Below the pieces are notes generated by a model. That model saw only the letters and a list, made by a program, of their open reading frames with translations. It did no database searches and was not told the DNA's origin. Positions 24,701-37,592 of a stretch of DNA of 54,660 bases are shown here, in pieces. Location of the stretch: NCBI GenBank assembly GCA_001642005.1, contig LWCA01000104.1, positions 1 to 54,660 on the forward strand, in the 5' to 3' direction. The position numbers and the translations under genes are program-made. Numbering within the stretch: position 1 is the first letter of the stretch; every line of letters begins with the position of its first letter. Source of the DNA: Intoshia linei (taxonomy: Eukaryota; Animalia; Orthonectida).

Positions 24701-26455
24701 AACTTCATATATAATTAATAATTAGACATATTCAAATAATACTAAGATATACAATTTTAATTAAATTATATTGAAAATTTAATGTAAATGACATTTAATT
24801 AATTTAATGATATAAAAAAATTTATTAAATATTACATGCTCTGATTCAAAAATGTGTACGATTTGAGTGTTAAAACTTGAATAATTGGAATCTGGAGATT
24901 TGGACATTATAATTAATGAATTTCCAATATGTTTTGCAAATGATACACAATATAATGGTAAATTGATTAAAATATCTGACTAAATGAAAATTTATTAATG
25001 TTTAAATTTAAATGTAATTTTTAAAATTATTTACTTGCTCTGAATTGACAATTATCAATATTATTTTTGACGAAATAAAAATATCTATATCGATATTTAA
25101 TTGATTTTTAGTTTTGGTGTATTTCTAAAGTTATACTTACTATTAGGTATATAAAATCCACGTCAAATATGCGACAGGTCCTACCAAGACGCATATATTG
25201 ACATTTTTTAAATATAAGGTACAATTTTTCAAAACTCATAATAATAAGCTTGGAATAAATTTTTATGACAAAGGGATACATTAAATTTATTCAAAACAAT
25301 TTAAAAATCAAATATATAAGTTAATATCTTATTTTCATAAATATAAATACAATTAATTTTTTGGAAATATTTGAGTTATACATGAATGTATATGTAAAAT
25401 GTACATTGTTATATTATTTTAGATTATATGTCTAATTTTATTCAAGTAGTTATATTTATATCAGGAGTAGCCAATTTCTTACATATATAGCTTTACAAAT
25501 AAAAAATGATTGATTTTTTTATCATGTCAAATATACTTTTTGACTACCATTGGATAATTAATTATTTAAAAATACAATTAATTGCAAAGAATTTTCAGCA
25601 TGATAATTTCTGATTGATTTAGAATTTGCAAAAGGTGCACCATCATTTTCTATGTCGATTTTAGTTGATCCAAGATAATGGGCTTGAAATAGTAATCCCA
25701 TTTCATTTTCGTTTGTTTTCAATAAATTTTTAAGATTCACTAAAAAATAGTGATTATATATTTTTGATTAAAATTTGAATTAACGTCAAGAACCTACCTG
25801 ACTTGCTCTAGATAAATATGAACGATATCAATTATGAATTATACATTATTTTATCATACATTTACCTTTTCTATAAGCATTATTGTTAGCTTTTAATTCC
25901 TACAATTTAATAATTAAAATTAACTCAAAATTACTATTTGAATTTCGTTTGATTCTTCTAATAAATTTGAATTTTCTTTGTAATCTAAATGAATACTTTT
26001 AGTAAGATTTAAAAAGTATTAAATAAGGGATTTAAATTTGCATCTATGACATCAAGTCTAATTTTGTATGGCGTAGATATTTAAAAAGTTTTGTTGTTAG
26101 TCAGGACACATATATAAAATCATGAAATCTAAAATTACCTTTATCATAATTCATATTAAATTCTCCATCTTCAATTTTGAGATATTTTTTATTGTATAGT
26201 TCTTTATACGAAACACATTTATCCCGGCAAAAATTAATTGATTTTCTAATGTCACACAAAGTTTCTTGGATCATTTCATCAGTTTCTTGACCACTGATGG
26301 GAATTTCCTTTTCGATAAACTCTATATCGCATAAATTGAGTAATATCTTAAAATTATCATAGAATAAAAAAACAATAATTTATAAATTCCTTTAAATAAA
26401 GATACAGAACCTACAGAATCACAAACTTTATAAAATTACTATTTTCATTTTCCAT
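21760..26455 (-). CDS. APBA: X11/Mint/LIN-10 (APBA family) adaptor: PTB plus two PDZ domains; multi-exon, start approximate
   Basis: PTB start [12 protein letters not shown] (25558-25740); PDZ1 [34 protein letters not shown]; PDZ2 LGFSVQNGV|[25 protein letters not shown]; C-terminus [21 protein letters not shown] (stop 21760-21762). Confidence 0.93.
22400..22720 (+). mobile_element. Highly decayed non-LTR (LINE) reverse transcriptase remnant in an APBA intron
   Basis: The frame near 22490 reads HLYKAFD (DLxKAFD motif), followed in order by LKSYL-like and degraded GVP-like segments. Confidence 0.4.
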
Positions 26456-26592
26456 ATTCAACAACAATTTGTAATGGATTTATTTATATCATGGATATAA
26501 AAATTCGATACGAATCGATAAATTTAATGTTATAGAAATGCATAAGTTTACAAATTTTATTAAAATTTACACATCAATTTCTATATTTTAAA

Positions 26593-29500
26593 TTATATAT
26601 TCCAAGAAATTGGTATCCAGTTTGGTTTGGAAGAATAATATTCAATTTTGTTTCGCAGTTCCATGAAGCACTCTTCTAATCCTTCATTTTTTATGATGGT
26701 GTCAAAATATCGAAAATAATATTTTTCAATAATTCTACTTTCTTTGACTGTGTTTTCCAAATCATGTTCAGTAAACACTTTGTTGGTTTTTCCGCTGTCA
26801 TGTGCTTCTCTATACATTGATCTCAATTTGTCTAAATGAGGTGCAGCAACAAAAATTATTAGAGGTTTGTATCTTTCTGTGCGTATTTGTTTTAAAACTT
26901 GAGGTGATAAATCTAATACAACTGAAAGGTTTGAAGGGTTTGTATCTAAAATAGCATCAATTGAATTAAATGCTGTTCCATAATAATGATTATCAAATTT
27001 TCCCCACTCAACATATCCTCCGGACTGAATTTCATTTTGCATTACATTTTCACTTTCAAATTGAAATATATCTCCATCCAACTCGTCCGGTCTAGGTGGT
27101 CTGGATGTTGTTGGAACAACCGATGTATATTTTTGTGGCTCCATTTTTATTAATTTTGTTTTCATTGTTCGACGCCCAATGCCTAAAAGTTATTGCTTAT
27201 TCAGTTATAACTTATAAATTACCTTTTGGTCCAACGATTATTATTACTCTTCTTTTGAAGGGTGGCACACATATTACATTTTCATAGGTGGCTACATCTT
27301 GTGGAACCGGTATATCTAACGATTTGTCATTTATTGATAATCTTTTTTTAGGAAAATTAACTGACTTTTTCTTCTTTTTTGGGCTTACTAAACCACATGT
27401 AAATGATGATAAAAAACTTGATGAGAGCGATTTTTCATTTTCTCCGTTGCATTCACTTTCATACTTTTCACTTAATTTATGCGAAGGTATTAAGCCCTGT
27501 TTCTTATTTGCCAAACGTATTGCTTGCCACCAACTTCCATCCTGTCGGATTATTTTCAAAATGTCTCCACGTTTCTAAATTTAAACTTTTATATTCATTC
27601 ATTATGATAATACTACACCTTTTTTGATTCAAATTAAAAAATTCAATATCAATTTTTTCAATTTGATTATCAGCTTTATTACTTTTAATCGAAAAAGGTT
27701 TATTAATAATATCCCATTATGTATAGCCACAACTAAACACCTAATATTTTCTTTGGAGCAGTGGTTCTCAATCTTTAATACATCGCGACATCTGTATAAA
27801 CAACAAAAATTTTCTCGACCCCTCCTTTTATTACGAATTTATTTTAAATTAAATTAATTTATAAAAATTTTTTTAAACGACTATTTTACGTAGTATGAGA
27901 TAAGCTCATTGAGATAGTCATCATTTTATTATTGTTGATCAGATATTTTATTTCAAACACCTCCGAAACATTTATAAGAAAAGTACGAAGTGAAAACATA
28001 AGTTAACCGCTGACATTAAATATGAACTGCCGTACCAGGCATCGCTCCTTGGGCCTATACCCATTTTTTGTAAATATTATAAAATTTACGATTATTTGTG
28101 TCAAATTTAAGCTGTCAAGCCCAGGCACGTGTATAGGTAAATCGGTCTATATCAGGCATTCTCAACCCTTTTTCGCTGTGGACCCCTACGATGACATTGA
28201 AAAAAATCTGCGGATCCCCAAAAAAATGTATATTATACATGCAGTTTTGTTTATATAAAATTTAATGTGTTTGTGTTATCCACTTGCAATACAGTTTTTC
28301 AAGAGTTTTCCGTTTTAAAAGATCAAAAATCTAATTTTATTATTTTAAAAATAAAATCACATCTAAAATTTCAAAAAAATATATATTCTGAAACGCGTCT
28401 GAAGTCATTAACATTGTCGTAAATCTTAGCCTCAGAAACTTACCTCCTCATAGTCAAAACCCAAATTACCCCTTTTTTTTTTAAAAAACTAACAAAAGTC
28501 GCAAAATTTTATAAAACATAAATTCTAGGATATTTTTGAAAATCATCATTATTATCATAAATCGCAATCCATAAAAATTGCAATTTGTGACACTCGGTCC
28601 ACAGTGAAACAAGTTTGGAAATCACTCTTTCATCCCAGTGCATGATGGAAAACAATATATACTAGTTATTAAAAATTTCATTCTTTCTGGGATTTATGTT
28701 TTTTATGACGATTTTTTAGGTTTGTAACTATAATTTGATTGTTTTTAATATCATACACTCATTTTATTTAATAAATTGAAAAATCGTTCTTAAAATTAAA
28801 AAATCTACATCGGCAGAGCTAACTGCTGTTTGTACGCAGTACATAACCGTTTTTACTTTTTTTCTATATTTTATTTTTGTAAATAACTATAAAATGGACC
28901 CCAAAAAACTGCTGTGGACCCCTGGGGTCCACATGGACTCTATTAAGAAAGGTTGTTCAACATGAAAGTATATTTCGTTTGTGAACAAATTTTTTAAAGA
29001 TCCACATCAACTCCATCTTCTAAATCACTGATATATAGGAAAGATCAGATAGACACAAACTGGTTGATTAGTTTTATTAGGAGGTGATTTTTGCAAGTTA
29101 TTTTTTTGTATTTGTTACTGAAATAAAACTTTATATGTTAATTTGCAGTTTTTACAAATTAGCATTCTAGACCGGGTAGATTTTGCGACTGATACCACCT
29201 GTTCCCGCTAAAATTTGGAAAGGGAAAACGCTTTTAATACCCGTTGCAGGGTTCTAATTAAAACGTTTTATTTTCAAATAAGTCAAGCATTATTGTACAT
29301 TGTACAATGTATAAAAATTATTTTAATTTTTACATCGTACATCTTACATTCGTGGAAAATAAGTATTATTAATGGAAAGGAAAATGTATTATAATTTAAG
29401 TTGAAGTAACATGCATAATGTATACTTAAAACTGTTGTCTGCTGTCTGGATCTCAGACAAGTTCAATGTTAAATTGGGTAAAACATTTTAAGAATTCATT

Positions 29501-31588
29501 TCCACTACATCAATGTCCACAGATATGCAAACTAATCATTACAATATGACAGCAAGATATTAAAAAATAGTGTTTTAATTAAAATATATCTTAACTTTAA
29601 TTATGCATGTAATATAATATGATACACGTAGTATGATAATCAGACAGCACCGTGTCAAGGACGAAATGAACCTAAACTATTATTGAAACTTGTGACGATT
29701 TAAAGGGATTACACATACAATCACATACAACAGCGATTCTGAAAGGAATTCGCGAAAAATTTTATTATAATATTATATTATATTAGTACAGGGTTCCCAC
29801 AATCTTTCACGGTAGACCGGCAATAAATTATAAAATTTAGCGCGGACCATTAAAGCGAAATTACTAGGAAAAATTAAAAAAATGATATAAACGTAATGAA
29901 TTGACTTCTAATTAGTAAAAATTTCAAAATTTAGCATCTAAAATATTTTGACTTGAAATTTTACACCAAAAACAATATGATTTTCAATAATATACAATTT
30001 TTTGATGTCCAATTTGGTAAATGAGGTACCCGCAGAGGGGTCTCGGATACGATAGGTTCGGTATTGCAATCTATTACATACATTTTTAATATTTTCCTAT
30101 AATCACCATATTAACATAATAAGTAGTTATTGACTGTTCGTAGAGAGCCAGCAGTAGGCCCGCCCCAGCTGGAAATTGTAGGCCCTATAAAAAATGGGAC
30201 CTCTATAGATTGCTTAATCGATTGTTTATTATCTAAAAATTAAAAATAAGTAATTGGACTTTTAATAGAACATTTTATTATACGATAATTTTGGTATACC
30301 TTAGCAAATTTATATTCATTTATACCGTCAGATTAAATAAAAAACTACATACTGTACGTACATTGCAACGTAGATGCATTGTACAGTGTACAATCAGGGA
30401 TACATTTTTAATTTTATTGATTATTCTGTGATAATATCATAAATACTTATAATGTATTAATGTATATAATAACAGTAAATTACAGTAGTAACTTGCTAAT
30501 TATTTTATACTTTACATTTACATCAATTTCAATTAAATTTCATTAAAGTTTAAATTATAAGATCAAAAACTTACAAAAGGTAAATTTAAATCAGAGCAAG
30601 GACATTTTTTAAACAAATCTGGAGAATCATTATAATTATAATCAAAGAAAGCTCGTACATATAATTTAGAATTTTTGCTATCATTAGATAGATTTTCATT
30701 AATCTGAGGTTGAGATCTGGACAAACTGTGAGAATTGAGATACTTATGAGCCATTTGAAAAGGAACAACACCGAGTTTAATGGTGCTATTGGCACCGGAA
30801 TATTTTATTAAATCTCTAACTTGCTGAGCAGAGGTAATAGGTCGATCATTGACCTGAATAATGACGTCCCCTAACCTGAGTAATTTTTGTTGTTCGATTC
30901 TACTATCCATAATAATTCTTGCAACAATAACATTGACGTTATCCTGCATGACTGTAAATCCTAGAGGTTCACCGGGGATTTTATATAATACTACTGTTTT
31001 ACAAATAGATGATAACTGGTGCGATTTACCTCTAGAATATTGCTCAGGTTCATTGTCAAACACATTAGATTCTTTATGTTCTTGCTTATAGCTAGACATG
31101 GACTTTGACATGACTCTATCATTGTCCTGTTCTATTGGATAAATTTCAGGTTCAATTGGAAATGATTCATCAAATTGGGTTTCTATTGTTTTTTCTGAGG
31201 GTGAATTAAAATGTTCATCATTAAAGGTGACTAGTGAATCAAAGGTTTTAAAAATTGTTAGAAAATACGGAGAATTCATTAAATTGACCAATTTTGACTT
31301 TGAAATTTTATGAGAAGGATTTTGATCTAAAGTACAATTAATTGACTCAAGTTTTGATAAAATTTGTTCTTCTTGAATTTTGAAATTATCTATATTTTGT
31401 TCGTTTTTTAATGATTTTTTGTTAATCATTTTAACAGCATCGTGTGCTTGCACAATTGTGTATAATTTAACGTCATTAAAAAACTCGTACATAAAGTCAG
31501 CTTCGTCCGAATTGAATCCATCTACAGATGGACTACAAAACACTTTAAATAATAAATCAAAAGACTCTGTCCCCGACCTGGCATCCAT
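26593..31588 (-). CDS. MAGUK p55 subfamily member (L27-like, PDZ, SH3, HOOK, guanylate kinase-like), about 651 aa; exons 31588-30575, 27574-27223, 27182-26593
   Basis: PDZ KIPGEPLGFTV...VIVARI...LLRLGDVIIQVN; SH3 YVRAFFDY...PCSDLNLPF|KRGDILKII..GSWWQA..GLIPS; basic HOOK KKKKK; GK TYENV..RRVIIIVGPKGIGRRT..TTSRPPR..EWGKFDNHYYGT; ends WIPISWNI*. No CaMK domain is present. The MPP2/6 versus MPP5/7 assignment is unresolved. Confidence 0.93.
28153..28955. mobile_element. hAT-like MITE containing a Helitron-like fragment, within the 3-kb MAGUK intron
   Basis: Left end CAGGCATTCTCAACC with TGTGGACCCC subterminal motifs repeated near 28914-28930. The internal part (28385-28850) resembles 46985-47910, including the TGTAC-N3-GTACA hairpin. 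Confidence 0.5.
30135..30340. mobile_element. Partial copy of the dispersed CAGCAGTAGGCCC MITE family
   Basis: Visible similarity to 33430-33620 and 36980-37160. Confidence 0.55.
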
Positions 31589-32166
31589 TAAAATGTGTTT
31601 ATATTTTTAAAAATGCAATATAATTTTGCAACAACAATGCTTATTAATCAACTTTTTCAATACTAAGGATTCGTGCTAAATTCAGTTGGATTAGAGTTAT
31701 AAATTCCATTCATTTGAATATTTAGTTCCGTATCAGAACCAAGTGACTCAAGCATACGATAATAATTAGCAACTGATCGATATACCAAATGTGTGTAATG
31801 TGAAATGTTGGCTTGCATTTATATTTACATTAATTATAAACGTTTACTATATTTATTAATTGAATAATTCTTTAACATGTAGCGCAAATACCAGTTTTCA
31901 TTCATATCAATAAGCTTAATACGCACTATTTGTCGTAATGAAAAAAGTCAATAAATAACGGTAAATGCAATAATACAACCAAAATTTAATCAATGGGATG
32001 ACATAGATTATAAATTTATACTACACTATTGTAATAATAACCACTATAGTAAATACAAAATCTACATTCTTATCAACCAGTTTTTTAATAACATTTTTGT
32101 TTTGTCGTATAGGCAGTATAAAAACAATTTGCATTTCATTCAGTCTTGCGTTAGAAAAATTTAAAA

Positions 32167-32730
32167 ATGTCAAATTTTTTACTCATTTCAATTTTTATAT
32201 TGGGTTTAAGGTAAAAAATTAAAAATAATTACTGTATTTTTACAAATTTAGCTACTCGGCTTCTGCATTAAATTGTTATAAAGGATTTAAAATATATGAT
32301 AACAAGGTGGTATTGGATATGATAGTTGAAGGTGTATGCACAGATGATTCATGTTTGGCTGCAAATGTTTCAATTTCTGGAGGGGACTATGATAAAAATA
32401 GTATCATTCATATTTATATACATTATTGCTTACATTATAGAAATATTACTATTAAAGACTTGCGCTAAAGATTACAATAGTGTTTTGTCCAATCTTATTG
32501 GTACTTTGTCACGTGATGAAGTGTATAAGACGACAGTACCTGAAGCTGATAGGATCAAGTATGAAACAGCCATAAAAGTGGCAAAAGACACTACCAGTGG
32601 AAAGGGAAGTTGTGCACCTGATGTAACTTTGAATGCTTGCGAGTGTAATAGCAATTTGTGCAATGCCTCAACTGCTGTTCGGGTCACATTTATTATGCTT
32701 ATCACGACAATTATCGTTCTATATTTATAA
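32167..32730 (+). CDS. Ly6/uPAR (three-finger, quiver-like) GPI-anchored protein, copy 1; 3 exons
   Basis: Signal peptide MSNFLLISIFILGL|SYSASA, then LNCYKG...C..DSCLA, KTC, CECNSNLCN and a hydrophobic C-terminal GPI-type signal. Confidence 0.8.
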
Positions 32731-33402
32731 TGTATTGAATTGGTTATATAAATGTATTCATTACGGATTTTAATTATTTAATTTATGATTTGCTTATTTT
32801 CTCAATCTGAATAGTAAAACTTTATTGTAGGTATTAAGTAAAATACATACATGTATACAAATATCAAATTTATGCTATTTACATATTGTCATTGTAATAA
32901 AATCATTCATATTGTAAACATCATTTATAATATTAACTTTTAAATATCAATGCGTGACATACAATTTCACTTTCAATATGATAAAAAATTACAACCGATG
33001 CGTTAATTGCTAAATTGAATGTGATAGTAATGTTACACAAGTTTAGAACTATAGAGTCATAAAAATATAAAGAATAAAGGAATAATAATTATTAACAAGT
33101 GTTATAAAGTTACACTAAGAGTGTTAAAAAAGTTAAAATTTTGCCGATTCCTAAAAAAGAACGAATCTAGCTGTTTCAGATTCCTTGGAATTGTCGCATC
33201 ACTAATAATAAGTACTATTACGTTATATTTATGGCGTTATTATCAACATTTATCAATGACAGAAAATAAAATTGACTTTAGTTTTGAAAAAAAGATTTTA
33301 CAATTTGAAGATATGGAAAATTTATTTGAAGATAAACTATGAAAAAGTGACTTTATTAATGAATTAATGACTTTATTTACGTATGTCACAGTACCTATGG
33401 TC

Positions 33403-33682
33403 AGGACCTTGGAGAGAAGTAGTAGTAGGCCAGCAGTAGTCCCGGTCAGATGGAAATTGTGGGCCCCTCTATAATTTTTTTAAAAATTGGGACGTCTGCA
33501 TTGTTTAATCGATCGTTCGTTGCCTAAAAATAGAAAATAAAAATTACAAATCGCATTGATCATCATAATTTTGACATACGTAAGAAATTTTCCAACATTA
33601 TCTATTAAATTAAAATATTAGGCTTTCATAATTGTAGACTCGGCCCATATGACCACTAGCCCCTATAGCCTTGCCTACCCTG
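33403..33682. mobile_element. hAT-like MITE (CAGCAGTAGGCCC family)
   Basis: Begins CAGGACC and ends CCCTG; the body is homologous to 36980-37240. Confidence 0.55.
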
Positions 33683-33869
33683 TAGAGGGTGTAATTTTTT
33701 AAATCTAAAAATTTTTCCAAAAAGAGTAACAACTAGATTGCTTTTTTGGTCGTGAAAGCTTAACTTTATAAAATTGAAATTTGTATATATTTATATTATA
33801 TATTAAATGTAAAAAGTCGTATTAAATGTGATCGTTTTTAAAATTCAGTTTTGTTTCCATCTTTAAAAA

Positions 33870-34215
33870 TAATGGGTAATTTGTAGTTTTGGTAGTGAAG
33901 ATGTAAGTTTTTCAAATGGAAATTTATGATAATGTTCATGTTTTTAAAATTTATATCAAAGTTTTTATTTAAAAAACTTCTGGGACTCATTCTATTTTTG
34001 AAAAAAAGGTAATTTGGGTTTTTGGTCCTGAAAATATAATTTTTTTAAATTTAAATTTATGATAATTTTAAAATCCGTATCAGCGTATATATTTTTTAAA
34101 ATTCTCCAACTCGTTTAATTTTCAAAAAAAGGAAAATTTGGGTTATTGACTTGTAAGATGTGAATTTGGGAGGTTGAAATTTATCTTATTATCACTCCCG
34201 GAAAAAACTGTAATT
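33870..34215 (-). repeat. Reverse-oriented fragment of the Helitron-like internal repeat
   Basis: Reverse-complement similarity to 40735-40900 (CTCCAACT, GGGAGGTT and GTAATTTGGG blocks). Confidence 0.5.
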
Positions 34216-34559
34216 GAAATGTGGAGTTTATAAAATTCTAAGACTGGTAGTTATTTAAATAAAGTGGAACACACACACAAACAAATATTGCGTAGCATAC
34301 TCATATAGTCCGTTCAATAATAATAGGAATTTTCGTTTATTGCAGTTAATAGACTTAGAATAATAAAAATCAGTAATGTGCTGGATAATATTACTTAAAT
34401 ACGAGATATCAATATATAAATTGAAAAAACAAAAAGGATTAATTTGAAAAAGCATTTTAGTAATTCGATAACATTTATAGGCGTTCATTTAAAATAGGAA
34501 TTATATTTAATTTTTAAACTATACAACTATATATCTAAAATTATCTATAATTTAAGGCT

Positions 34560-35252
34560 AATATTTTGTGTGGTCACCTTTATTCTCTAAAACAGCCAAA
34601 AATCGTGAAGGCATAGATTTTATAAAAGATTGTTTTATTAATTCTCCGTTATCATTGTTGCATTTCCCCACTCCAAAAGTACTGCCATTCGAAGATCATT
34701 TTTGTTATTTGTATTGTTTGTTACCGTTATCATATATTCTTAAACACATATTATGCCAGAAATTTTCGATTATGTTTAGATCAGAACTCAATAGAGGATG
34801 GTTTATTAGATTAATGTGGCCATTTTCAAGCATTTGCATGGCTGTTTTAGCCTTATGTACCAATGCATTGTCTTGTAAAAATTTATGGCAAGGTTGGTAT
34901 ATAGGTAGAAAGTGCTCCAAAAGAATATTTAGGTAAATTTCTGCATTAATTGTTCTTGGAATTTCAACCAAAATACTGTACATATTTTTAATGATTGCTC
35001 CCCAAAACATTAAACCTCCTTCTGAACTATTTTACTTGTTTTAATATAATTAGACATATTTTTATTATAATCTGTATTATTTTCTAAACAATTATACATA
35101 TTTTGGATTACATTCACCGATTTTATAACCACGTTTTTTGGTCGATTACAGTTTATCATTTTCCATTTAACTTCTAATGGAGTATAACCATCATTGTACA
35201 TAATTTCAATGAATTTCTGCTCTTCTTTGGTTAATTTTGTACCTCGTCCCAT
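34560..35252 (-). mobile_element. Internally deleted Tc3-like (Tc1/mariner) transposase pseudogene
   Basis: N-terminal HTH MGRGTKLTKEEQKFI, then GGLMFWGAI...FLQDNALVH...SSDLNIIENFW. The first catalytic Asp region is missing. Confidence 0.85.
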
Positions 35253-35937
35253 TGTATGTAAATTTTTTTAACAGTTAATGAATTAATAAAGTTTTTATTA
35301 GATAATTCTAATTTTTAATGAACGACAATAAATTTTATCAAATTTTAAAAATGCTTTTTACAATTAATTATGTTTGTTTTTTAAACCTTAAATTATATCT
35401 TGTGTTCTAGTCATATTTTCATACTTATTACGGATTTTCAATATTTTATGTCTGTTAATAGCTGTTAAAAATGAAATTAATCAAACTTCCTATTATTATT
35501 GAACGGAGTGTAGAACCTATAAGAATGTCAAATGTAAAATTATTTTTCCAACGGTAGCTCTGTAAACTAATATAATATTCAATTATATTGAATTTAATTT
35601 TAAACCTGTTTGACATTATAATCAAATTGTAATAGAAATATATGCTAATACATTTTGTATACAATTTGCTACATCATACTTGATCATATTTATCATATAA
35701 TTGTACATTATCATTAAATAGTTATCACAGCATAGTAAAAATAATTGAAAAACAAATAAACAATATACAGCTACTAACACGATAAGTAAATCAAGTGCAT
35801 TAACTGAACCATTAAGTTAAATTTGCATATTGATAATTCAATCAAACTGTAAACTTGGATATCGATTCTATACATATATTGTAGCTTATTACAAAAGCAT
35901 ATTACTGCGTTAAATTAATCTATTTTCATTTATATCT

Positions 35938-36563
35938 ATGCATCGATTAAATTTTTTGTTGATTTTGCTAAGTTTAACTTACCGGTAACGTTTTTACAAT
36001 CTTAATTATAATTAATATCAATTGTATCAATATTTTAGAAATGTACAATCTGATTTGGTTTGTTATCACGGCTACAAATTCTTGTACGACAATTACGTCA
36101 TAGATCGCATAAAAAAAATAAATTGCTCTCATACCCAGATATGTGCTGCTTCAAATATTTCTATATCAGTTGGAGATGATTATAATTCAAACAGTAAGTA
36201 AAAAAATTTAAAAATTGGGAGAAGGTGAAATAAAAACTATGTATTGTATTTTTAGAAATTTTGTTGTTAAAAAGTTGCACTTCACCAGGAGAAAATGGAT
36301 ATAATCAATTATTTAACAGTTTCTGGGGAAAATTAAGCAGTGAAGAAAAATTTAAAGATATTACTTCCATCAATAAAACGGTTATCGAAACAAATATTCT
36401 TAAAACTAAAACGATCGTATCGTCAAACAATGAAAAAAAATGCATTGCAGAAGCTATTGTCAATTATTGTGAATGCAATCAGATACTTTGCAACGCTTCA
36501 ATTAATGCAAAATATTCTATTTTTATATTTTTGATCATGGTTCTAGTTGTCATATATTATTAA
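35938..36563 (+). CDS. Ly6/uPAR-like GPI-anchored protein, copy 2; 3 exons
   Basis: MHRLNFLLILLSLTYR|NVQSDLVCYHGYKFLYDN...CSHTQICAASNISIS...|ILLLKSC...CECNQILCNAS plus a hydrophobic tail. The intron positions match copy 1. Confidence 0.8.
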
Positions 36564-36964
36564 TAGTTATTCAATTATGCCAAAAATACTTAAATAAATT
36601 ATAATAACATTACATTATGTATTATTCGTGGTTCATTATATTTTTAAATTTTTACGCGCCAAGTGTTATAATTAACACAGGTAATATTTAAATTACCATA
36701 AACATCAATTTTATTGTTTGATGTTTATTTCAAAAAACAAATTTTATCAATATTGGCGCGATTTTTATATTACAGGCAATCTTATTTTTATTATTGTATT
36801 TTCAAATGGACCTGATTTTTTTTAATTGCTGAATTATGGTAATCTTTTTTCGATATATTTATTAGTAAATATTAAAAAGATAAAATATAGTAAATTATCA
36901 ATACAAAGGCCGTGTAATGTCGGTAAATGCTAAATATAAAAATAATTGTCGGAGAATGTTTATC

Positions 36965-37240
36965 AATGATTCATGGATCAGCTAGCAGGCCCGGGCCAAA
37001 TGGAAATTGTCGGCCCCTATAAAAATATTTTTAAAAACGGAGTCTGCATTGTTTAATCGATCGTTCATTATATAAAAATTAAAATAACCGATGGAAATAG
37101 CATTGGTTATCGATATTTTGGTATACTTAAGACATTTTGCAACATTACCTATTAATAAATTTAAATATAAATTTAAAGTAAGCCACTCATGATTGTAGGC
37201 CCGGGCCATATGGACCCTACTCCATCTGTCCACTGCCCTG
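36965..37240. mobile_element. hAT-like MITE (CAGCAGTAGGCCC family) between Ly6 copies 2 and 3
   Basis: Shares the family core and has the right terminus CCACTGCCCTG. The left end is degraded. Confidence 0.55.
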
Positions 37241-37592
37241 TGCATAACTCTACTAACTAATAAACTAGATATCGCGGATGGAATCTTATTTCACTAATAT
37301 GGTCTGTAGTGATATATCACTATTATAGTAATCGAGATTCGAATATATACTTTCGATATATCTCGCTTGAGGTTTCGAATTCCGATTTGGACATCTTTTT
37401 ATTTAAGATGAATTTATCTGATTTCTTCTCTGCATTTACAGGGTCACTTTTAACGAATTGAAATGCATGAGATAATCAATCAAAAATTTTAAATAACAAT
37501 TGAACTTAAAGATTACATATAAAATTGAAATAATATGGGGTTGGCATCACTGACGTAGGGAGGATTTATAATGCATTAAAAAATAATTTTAG

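Noticed and set aside
26593-31588. Calling the MAGUK CASK/LIN-2
   Set aside because: No CaM-kinase domain or upstream exons are visible before the divergent Ly6 gene, and the domain layout fits the p55/MPP subfamily.
33121-33342. Small single-TM protein ORF
   Set aside because: Non-ATG start, no supporting exon structure, and chance hydrophobicity is common in AT-rich DNA.
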